Source: Candidatus Latescibacterota bacterium
GTDB taxonomy: Bacteria; Latescibacterota; UBA2968; UBA8231
Direction of reading: 5' to 3'
Assembly (NCBI GenBank): GCA_963422735.1
Contig: OY730476.1
Coordinates: 4,480,001 to 4,544,000, forward strand
DNA length: 64,000 nucleotides
In this document: in pieces, positions 7,577 to 15,298 of the stretch
Layout of the letters: the number at the start of each line of letters is the position of its first letter
Numbering within the stretch: the stretch's first letter is position 1
The notes under the pieces: generated by a model
What the model saw: only the letters and a program-made list of their open reading frames with translations
What the model was told of the DNA's origin: nothing
Databases searched by the model: none
Program-made: the position numbers and the translations under genes

Positions 7577-10285
7577 ATGAGATCGCCTTTTTTTGTTGCG
7601 TCTCTATTTTGCCTCCTAGCCGGCGCGGCCACAGCCCAAGACTACGGCAGTCGGCTGGGCGTCCAGCGCGGCGGCAGGACCACGTTCGAGCCGCAGGGTT
7701 CGGGCGTTCTTTTTGATGCGATAGATCCCGCGCTAAAAAAGTGGTACATCCCGCAGGAACTCTTCAACGAGTACCGCTGGCGGCAGTGGGCGTATTCCAA
7801 TTACGCCCGCACACCGTACCAGCGCTACGTCGATGTGGCGTTGGAGGGCAGCTACTTCTACGACTTCTTCGGCAATTTTGTCAATCGCGGCTGGCTCATC
7901 TACAACAATAGCCAGAGCCAGCCCTTGCAGCGCGGCAACGAATTGTTCAAGGACAACCGCTTTGGCACTTGGTTTAACAGCCTGCTGATCGCCTCGGATT
8001 CCATCGGCGAGTACCACTACGCCCTCACTATTGGCAACGGCATCCGCACGACCCTGACGCCCATGACCTTTTCCAAGCCCGATTTCGACGGGGTTCAGTT
8101 CGACTTAGCCACGGACAAATACTTGCTCACTTTCCTGTATTCGCGGCTGAGCGAATCGGGTGGCTCGGGCACGAATGTAGAAGGCATCAACCGCACCAAT
8201 AATACCACGCTGATGGGAGGGCGCACCACCGTTCAAGTGGGAGATTTTACCACGCTGGGTTTCAACTTCGTCAATGCCCACCAGTCGAATACGCTCACCG
8301 ACGGCTTTGGCGGCAATCCCCTCGCGGGCGAACTGACCGTGGATCAGAAGAACGAAGCCATCTCTTGGATCGAAATTTTGCTCAGCGACGACTCGCCGGC
8401 CGATGGCGAGGGTGGCGCGGCGTTTTTCAGTGCCGGCTCGGACATCGTCATTACCTATTTGGACGGCAGCGTGGACCGCGGCAAGGAGATTGGGTTTGAA
8501 CCAGTCGTTGAAGGCGGCTTCCCGCAGGAGGGCTTTATCTCGGCCGACGGCAACGAGCAAATCCGCCTGCGCTACGATTTCAACAGCACGGATTTTTTGT
8601 TAGTCGCGTCGCAGGACAAATCGCAGATTCGCAAAGTCCAGTTCGACTTAGTGCTGGGCAACGACTACAAAGTGCAAGCCACGTCCAACCGCCAAACCGG
8701 CCGCAGCAACGACCCCATCTTCCTGCTGGTCGCACGGGCTACGGGCAACGTCAAGGACAACACCAATCTGCGGGTCGTCTCGTTTGAGTACGGCCTGCCC
8801 ACTGCGACGCAGATATTTGGGTTTACGCTCGCGTTGGAAGATGTCAAGGGCTTCCACTTGTACGGAGAGTGGGACAACAGCCGCACGTATCGCAAGTATC
8901 CCTATCCAAGCGCCGACCAAGGCAATACCGATCACAGCACCTCGTCGGGTACGTCCGAGAAGCCCTCGGCGGACGCCTTCATGCTCAACCTGTGGAAGCG
9001 CGCCTCTCCGTACTTCTTTTTTGCCGAGGCATTCCACATGGATCCGGATTATGCCACTTCGACATACATCAGCGAGCAGGACGGCTTCATCGACTACAAC
9101 TCCGGTTATTTTGCCGACCACAACCCAGGTAGCAACGAACGGTTCTTGGTGGAATTCGTCGAGGACAACGACGATCAAGACCGCATCCCGGATTGGGGCC
9201 GCAACGACGCCCTGTCGGTAGATCGCGCAGTCTTTCCGGGTTGGGACGAGAACAACGACTTCATTCCGGACTTCAACCAAAACGACAACGGTCGCGTTAT
9301 CAACCTAATCCCGGACTACGAAGAGCCTTTCCTCCGCCAACACGTAGATCGACCCGAATTTCTCTACGGCATTGACGCCAACAACAACGGCTGGGTCGAT
9401 CGTTTTGAAAACGACAATGAACCGGACTTTCCCTACAAGCGCGATCGCCGCGGCTTCAACGTGTATGCTGGAGTCAACATCACCCCGGCAATCCGCGCGA
9501 CCGTCGGGCATTTGCGCGAGGAGCGGATTACCTCAGACCAGCGCAACCGCGCCACATACGGCGTGCTAACCGTCGATGTGGATCATCCGAATTGGGGGCG
9601 GCTCAAGGTGATGGAAGTGCTCAAAAGCACAGCGGACGACATTCCGGACAACCTAATCCAGTGGGACAACCGCAACACGCTGCGCGACTCCCGCAACGTG
9701 GAAGTGCTGGACCCGCTGTTGGCACGCGACGCGCTCAACAATTCGCTGTACATCGGCCACACGTACGCGCCGCTAGAGGATTTGACGATTAAAAATTCGC
9801 TCAAATACGACCTGTGGCACCAGCGTCTCGGCCAAACGGCGCGCACCCAGTTCGGCTTGGACGAAGATGAGTTGTTCTTTGGCGTTATCAACAAGGCCGA
9901 TTATCTTGTCGAGCTGTCGCGCCTGCGGGTGCTGCCGAGATGGAAAAGCGAATACCGCCGCCAGACCTACGACCTGTTTACCAAGGACAATCGCGAAGAG
10001 CTGGCCGAGATATTTGGCGTAGTAGTAGAGCTGCCCGTGATGCGTCGCACGACTATAGCGACCGGCGTTGAATACGTGCTGTTTCGGGATCTGGAGGCCG
10101 AGATCAACAACTTCCAGTCCTTCATTACGGCGGGCCAAGTCACCAATGTGGCCGAATATCAGGGCTACGTGCTGACCACGCAGGTAGGCCTGAAGTTCGA
10201 CGCGCGCGACTTTGAAGATCCGGACATTAAAACTCGCACTGTGACGGAAGGCTTTATCACGGTGTACGCCGGCTTGGGTATCTAG
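7577..10285 (+). CDS. Large exported protein, candidate outer-membrane beta-barrel with Asp/Asn-rich calcium-binding loops
   Basis: AAGGAG RBS; signal peptide ending ATA-Q; motifs DNDDQDRIPD, DENNDFIPD, DANNNGWVD; amphipathic strands in the C-terminal third ending GFITVYAGLGI. Confidence 0.7.
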   Translation: MRSPFFVASLFCLLAGAATAQDYGSRLGVQRGGRTTFEPQGSGVLFDAIDPALKKWYIPQELFNEYRWRQWAYSNYARTPYQRYVDVALEGSYFYDFFGNFVNRGWLIYNNSQSQPLQRGNELFKDNRFGTWFNSLLIASDSIGEYHYALTIGNGIRTTLTPMTFSKPDFDGVQFDLATDKYLLTFLYSRLSESGGSGTNVEGINRTNNTTLMGGRTTVQVGDFTTLGFNFVNAHQSNTLTDGFGGNPLAGELTVDQKNEAISWIEILLSDDSPADGEGGAAFFSAGSDIVITYLDGSVDRGKEIGFEPVVEGGFPQEGFISADGNEQIRLRYDFNSTDFLLVASQDKSQIRKVQFDLVLGNDYKVQATSNRQTGRSNDPIFLLVARATGNVKDNTNLRVVSFEYGLPTATQIFGFTLALEDVKGFHLYGEWDNSRTYRKYPYPSADQGNTDHSTSSGTSEKPSADAFMLNLWKRASPYFFFAEAFHMDPDYATSTYISEQDGFIDYNSGYFADHNPGSNERFLVEFVEDNDDQDRIPDWGRNDALSVDRAVFPGWDENNDFIPDFNQNDNGRVINLIPDYEEPFLRQHVDRPEFLYGIDANNNGWVDRFENDNEPDFPYKRDRRGFNVYAGVNITPAIRATVGHLREERITSDQRNRATYGVLTVDVDHPNWGRLKVMEVLKSTADDIPDNLIQWDNRNTLRDSRNVEVLDPLLARDALNNSLYIGHTYAPLEDLTIKNSLKYDLWHQRLGQTARTQFGLDEDELFFGVINKADYLVELSRLRVLPRWKSEYRRQTYDLFTKDNREELAEIFGVVVELPVMRRTTIATGVEYVLFRDLEAEINNFQSFITAGQVTNVAEYQGYVLTTQVGLKFDARDFEDPDIKTRTVTEGFITVYAGLGI

Positions 10286-10289
10286 GGCG

Positions 10290-12491
10290 GTGGGAAGACT
10301 CGCGCTCGTCTGGGGCGCGGCTTTTGCGCTGCGGCTGTTGTACATTTTCCAGAGTCAGCGCAGCCCGTTCTACGATTTCCCCCTCGTCGATGCCAAGACT
10401 TATACTCAAACGGCCGCGGCGATGGCCCTCGGCCATTTCGGCGATCAGCCCTTTTGGCAACCACCGCTCTATCCGCATTTTCTCGGCGCGCTCTACGCGC
10501 TTTTTGAGCCGAGTTTTACCCTGCCGCGCCTAGTCCAAGCTGCGCTGGGGGCCACGTTGTGCTTGCTGATTTTCCGCTTGGGGCGCGTCTTTTCGCCTGC
10601 TGTAGGCTATCTGGCGGCCGGGCTAGCCGCTTGCTACGGGCCTTTCATTTTTTTTGAGGCCGAGTTGCTGCCGCCGGCCCTCGCGCTGGTGCTAAACCTG
10701 CTCGCGCTATGGGCACTGTTGTGGGCGGCCGAGGGGCGACCGCAGCGGCTGCTGCTACCCGGGTTCCTCTTGGGTCTTTCCGCGCTGTGCGTGGCTAATG
10801 TGCTGGCGTTTGTGCCGGTAGCTGCGCTGTGGTTGGTATGGGTGCGTCGCGGCCGGTTCGTGGGGGTGGCCGTGCTGTGGTTGGGAACCGCTTTGGCCCT
10901 CGCGCCGGTCACCCTGCGCAATTACTATGTGAGCGGCGATTGGGTGCTTATTTCGTACAACGCAGGTCTCAATTTTTACATTGGCAACAACGCCCAATAC
11001 GATGAGACTGTGGCGATCCAGCCAGGGCCGGCGTGGTTGGAATTAACCGCGCGGCCGCGCGTGGAGGCCGGCGCGAGGCAGCCTTCGGCCCAATCCCGCT
11101 TTTTCTTTGCCGAGGCTTGGGATTTTATTCGCCAGCAGCCTTTTGCCTACCTGAAGCTGCTCCTGTACAAATTGTATCTGTTTTGGCATGGCGACGAGAT
11201 TGGCCGCAATCAGGACCTGTACTTTGCCCGCCAGTACGCGCCGTTGCTACAAGTGCTTTTGTGGAAGTACGGCGTGGCATTCCCCTTTGGGCTGCTGGCA
11301 CCGCTCTCGCTGGTGGGGCTGGGCCTGAGCTGTCGGAATGGCTTGCTGCGCCGCCCCGAACCCCTGTTGCTCGCATTATTCGCTGGCGCGTACATGCTGA
11401 CGGTGGTGGCTTTTTTCATTAGCGCGCGCTATCGCCTGCCCGCGATTCCCATTCTACTGATTTTTGCCGCATATGGTGGCCGGGAGCTCTACCTACTGTG
11501 GCGACGGGGAGCGCACCGCGACCTACTCGTCGGCTGCGGTGCCGCATTCCTGTTGGCTGTTGCGTGTAACTTTCGGATGGGGGCGATGAATGTGGAGGGC
11601 GACGCCCACACGCACTATCGATTGGGCTATGTGTACGAAAAAAAGGGTCTGACCATCAATGCGATGGCCGCTTATGAGCAAGCACTGACGCTCGACCCGG
11701 ACATCAAGTGGGCGCATTTCAACTTGGCCTCTTTGTATGCCCGAAGCGGCGAATACAACCGGGCTATTGCTGCATACGGCGAATGTATCCGCCGCTTTCC
11801 CGAAGCGGTGCGGGCGCGTCTGGCGCTGGGAAACGTCTATTTGCGAACCGGTCGCTACCCCGAAGCGATCGCTGCATACGAGGGCTTGTTAGATGCCAAG
11901 GATGTGGACGCGGCGGATCTCTACGGGCGGCTCGGCTATGCCCACGCCCAGTTGGGGCAATTGGAGCAAGCCGCGGCCGCGTATGAGGAGCTCGCAGCCG
12001 CCAAACCGGATTCGCTTCAGGCGCGCTTTCAGTTGGGCGAGCTATACGAGCGGCTGGAACGCTTGGACGCAGCCCGCGCCGAATATCGGCAGATCCTGGC
12101 GGCGGATTCGCTGCAGGCTACGGTGCGCTACCGCTTGGCCCGCTTGCTCTTCTTCGCCGACCAAGCCGGAGAGGCCAAGGCCCATTTGCTGCAAGTGATT
12201 GCCCGCAACCCGGACGCGATCGATGCCCGATTTCTATTGGCCACCCAGTATATTGTCGAGCACAGAGCCGCCGCCGCCATGGAACAGGTACAGGCCATTT
12301 TGGCCGTTCAGCCAGAGCACTATCAGGGCAACCGCTTGGCCGGCCATTTGTACATGGTCTTGGGGGATACGCTCAAAGGGGTGCAGCACTTAGAGCAGTT
12401 TACCGAGTACTATCAGGAGGGGCGCTCGGCGGAGATTTTTGAGCAACTTAAAGAGCAGTGGGAAGAGCGATTGAAGGGAGCTGTGCGCTAA
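10290..12491 (+). CDS. GT-C glycosyltransferase (GT39/ArnT/PMT_2-like) with C-terminal TPR repeats
   Basis: 'VDAKTY', 'FWQPPLYPHFLG', many TM helices, 'NAGLNFYIGNN', 'FFISARYRLP', then about 8 TPRs. Confidence 0.8.
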   Translation: MGRLALVWGAAFALRLLYIFQSQRSPFYDFPLVDAKTYTQTAAAMALGHFGDQPFWQPPLYPHFLGALYALFEPSFTLPRLVQAALGATLCLLIFRLGRVFSPAVGYLAAGLAACYGPFIFFEAELLPPALALVLNLLALWALLWAAEGRPQRLLLPGFLLGLSALCVANVLAFVPVAALWLVWVRRGRFVGVAVLWLGTALALAPVTLRNYYVSGDWVLISYNAGLNFYIGNNAQYDETVAIQPGPAWLELTARPRVEAGARQPSAQSRFFFAEAWDFIRQQPFAYLKLLLYKLYLFWHGDEIGRNQDLYFARQYAPLLQVLLWKYGVAFPFGLLAPLSLVGLGLSCRNGLLRRPEPLLLALFAGAYMLTVVAFFISARYRLPAIPILLIFAAYGGRELYLLWRRGAHRDLLVGCGAAFLLAVACNFRMGAMNVEGDAHTHYRLGYVYEKKGLTINAMAAYEQALTLDPDIKWAHFNLASLYARSGEYNRAIAAYGECIRRFPEAVRARLALGNVYLRTGRYPEAIAAYEGLLDAKDVDAADLYGRLGYAHAQLGQLEQAAAAYEELAAAKPDSLQARFQLGELYERLERLDAARAEYRQILAADSLQATVRYRLARLLFFADQAGEAKAHLLQVIARNPDAIDARFLLATQYIVEHRAAAAMEQVQAILAVQPEHYQGNRLAGHLYMVLGDTLKGVQHLEQFTEYYQEGRSAEIFEQLKEQWEERLKGAVR

Positions 12492-12498
12492 CCTTCCC

Positions 12499-15177
12499 TC
12501 AATACGCCACGCCTACCGTGCGCACCCTACTCGTCTGACGCGCATCGCCATCTACGGAGAGCGACACCAAGTACAGCCCCGGCGGTACCCGATTGCCGTC
12601 GGCGTCGCGCCCATCCCAAGACAGACCGTCGTAGTGACCGCTCAGATCCGTTCCTGAGTAGAGCGACTTTACGAGGCGGCCAGACAGGTCGAGGACATGC
12701 ACTTCGACGGAGGTGGGTCGGGTCACCGCGAGGATGTCGTAGCCGATGGTCGCGGCGTCGTTGATGTCGTCGCCATTGGGGGTGAACACACTCGGCTCGA
12801 TGGCAAAGGAGCTGAACAGGTTGCCCTTGTTGATGTCTGGACTTAACACGGTGATTCCAGAGGCCGTGGGCAGGTCGCCTTCCCCCAAGAAGTCGGCGTT
12901 GCCCGCGGAGATGCGCTGGATGCTGCCGGCCTGCGACGACAGCACGGCCTGCCCGCGGAACAAGGTACTGTACAGCAGCACGCGCCCGCGGAACTTGATT
13001 TTTAGCAGCATCTGGCCGCCGTTGGCGGGTCGGGTGATTTGAGGAAAGCGCACGATCGCGTTGCGCTCGGTCACCGCTTGAATGACAAAGGAGCCGCCGT
13101 CCGCCGACTCTACGGCATAGGGCAGGGCGTGTTGGGTGCCGTCGAGTGTCTGTACCACGGCTTGGCCATTGGGAGCAGTCTCGATGTCGGCGTTTAGAAC
13201 CTGCTCGGCGACTAGGCGGTCGGGCAGTTCCCATATTTCGATCTGGTCGATGCCCAGCACTCGGTTAGAGGTTAGCAGTTCAAAGGTGTCGAACCCTTTG
13301 ACCCCGTCGAACTCCATTTTGGCGCGCACTGCATACGTGAAATCCACCGATTCAAAGACTTCCACCTCCCGCGGGAAGATCTCGGCGACGAGTTCCTCGG
13401 CAATCGGCGGCAGCAAGTATTCGATGGATAGCTGTTCCAATGCCTTCGTCGCGTTGATTTCGCTGTTGAGGAAATCGACAGAAAACTGGATGTAGCGACG
13501 CGGCCCCGGTGACAAAACCGGTGTGCCGCCCTCCCGTTCCCCCCCTTGGTGGGGCGACGACCAAGGGCTCCAGTTTTGTAGGTCCTCCGCGATTTCCCCC
13601 TTGCCCCAAACCTGCGGGGGCACGGCTTCGAGATCCGGCACGAGATCGAGGTATTCGTCGCGTGCGAGTTGTTCGCCCGGATGGTCTATGGAGGAGGCAA
13701 GCTGGTCATCTGACACGCGCTGCACGTTGCCGCGCTTGTAGAGTACCGGGGTTGGGTCGGTGCCCGTGCGAGTGCGGACGATGATCTCGGAGATGTCGCT
13801 GGCACCCCCTAGCTGGCGCAAGGGTTCGCTGGCCGTTGGCTCGGTGCTTTGCTGGCGGCCCGGCAGCACGGTCGCGCCGCAGTGGGTCTGGAAGCACTCG
13901 TACACGTTGGTGTAGCCTTGGTTCGCGGTAAAACGCGCCGTTGGAGCGCAGTCGCCGTAGTCGCTTGGGATGGCGTTGGTCGTGGTGAATACCGCGGATT
14001 CGACGCGGCAGGTACTGGCTTGGGGAGTGGGTCCGGTTAAATTGCTGCGGGTGCGCAAATCCACGGTTTTTTCGCGCCAGCTTACATTCCCCCAAGTGGC
14101 CGGTGCGCCCAAGTCGTACACGTGGGAGATGTAGCGGCTAGTGCCGATAAAGCCCTCGCCGAAGACCTCGAACTCGTCGATCTCATAGGGAAAGGAGGAC
14201 GTGGATTTGAGCCGCACAAAGCGCGCGGTCTGGGCGGGGTCAATCAACACTTCCACTACCGATTCTTCGTTGCTCGAGGTCTTCAGCAGCATCTCGAAGT
14301 CGTCGAGTTGGGGCACGAGGCGTCCGGTGCCGTCTAAGACGAGATTTTGCCCATTGTGGGCAAGCAACTCGAACTGGCGGATAAAGTCCGTCTGAAAGGG
14401 ATATTGGGGTGCGCTCTGCACGGTGTTGCGCGGATAGAAGCGGATGCGGTTGATGCCAATGGGGCTGCCGAGGTCGAGGACGATAAAGGTGCCTAAGGCC
14501 CCGAAGGTGCCCTTGCGGGCGAACGCATCTTCGGCTCCACCCGGCTCGATTAGCTCCAGCAGGGTCGCCTCCAGCGTAGATGCGGGCACGTCCTTGATGG
14601 CCGGTGCCGCAATGCCGCCGCCCCACCCGAGCGCGTGCAGGGCCACGTTCTCACCGCGGACGACGTGATCCGGGCTCAACAAGACCGGCAGGATGAGCGG
14701 ATCGACGCCTGCCGAGTACACCGACTCTAGTGCGGTGGCGACCCGCGCAACCGCTTCATCGAGGGGAATATCGTCTGCAAAATCAATGCGAATCAGGGAG
14801 AGTCCCTCGCGCTGGGCAGGCGTGATCGTCGTTGCCCCCGGCAGGGACGAGACTGCGTCTAGCAGCTTTTCTTCGGCTAGGGCCAGTTCTCCAGCGAGCA
14901 GTTCGGGCGGTGCTTGGATGAGGGTCTTGATCTGTACTTGGGGGCTTACCACCGCTAGATTGGACAGGTCAATGACGTTGCCCGGTACATTGCCGACCTC
15001 AGTGAAGAACCGGCTGACTTTGTATTCGGCAGGGAGCGGCTGCACGGCTGCGCCGAAGGTCTGCCCGGCCCAAGAGACGTTGCCGTTGTTGCCTACCCTC
15101 AGGGTATCGAGTGCCGGCAGGTCGGTGCCGAGTGCCAGTGCCCCCCAGAGGGTGGCCAACATGAGCCGATAAGGCAT
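12499..15177 (-). CDS. Large secreted protein with discoidin-like domain and C-terminal FlgD-type Ig domain
   Basis: Start re-assigned to MPYRLMLATLWGALALG (signal peptide); 'LDLGSPIGINRIRFYPR'; tail 'PSVFTPNGDDINDAATIGY...LSGRLVKSL...WDGRDADGNRVPPGLY'. Confidence 0.8.
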   Translation of the reverse strand: MPYRLMLATLWGALALGTDLPALDTLRVGNNGNVSWAGQTFGAAVQPLPAEYKVSRFFTEVGNVPGNVIDLSNLAVVSPQVQIKTLIQAPPELLAGELALAEEKLLDAVSSLPGATTITPAQREGLSLIRIDFADDIPLDEAVARVATALESVYSAGVDPLILPVLLSPDHVVRGENVALHALGWGGGIAAPAIKDVPASTLEATLLELIEPGGAEDAFARKGTFGALGTFIVLDLGSPIGINRIRFYPRNTVQSAPQYPFQTDFIRQFELLAHNGQNLVLDGTGRLVPQLDDFEMLLKTSSNEESVVEVLIDPAQTARFVRLKSTSSFPYEIDEFEVFGEGFIGTSRYISHVYDLGAPATWGNVSWREKTVDLRTRSNLTGPTPQASTCRVESAVFTTTNAIPSDYGDCAPTARFTANQGYTNVYECFQTHCGATVLPGRQQSTEPTASEPLRQLGGASDISEIIVRTRTGTDPTPVLYKRGNVQRVSDDQLASSIDHPGEQLARDEYLDLVPDLEAVPPQVWGKGEIAEDLQNWSPWSSPHQGGEREGGTPVLSPGPRRYIQFSVDFLNSEINATKALEQLSIEYLLPPIAEELVAEIFPREVEVFESVDFTYAVRAKMEFDGVKGFDTFELLTSNRVLGIDQIEIWELPDRLVAEQVLNADIETAPNGQAVVQTLDGTQHALPYAVESADGGSFVIQAVTERNAIVRFPQITRPANGGQMLLKIKFRGRVLLYSTLFRGQAVLSSQAGSIQRISAGNADFLGEGDLPTASGITVLSPDINKGNLFSSFAIEPSVFTPNGDDINDAATIGYDILAVTRPTSVEVHVLDLSGRLVKSLYSGTDLSGHYDGLSWDGRDADGNRVPPGLYLVSLSVDGDARQTSRVRTVGVAY

Positions 15178-15298
15178 AAAAACCTGCCTGTTAGGAATGA
15201 ACATGCTAATATAAAACCTAGCCCAAAGAGTGCATAGCGGGTTTTTTTTTAGTATGTTGCATCCCCGCCCTCCACCCCTTAAAAGTCGAGGTCGAGAT

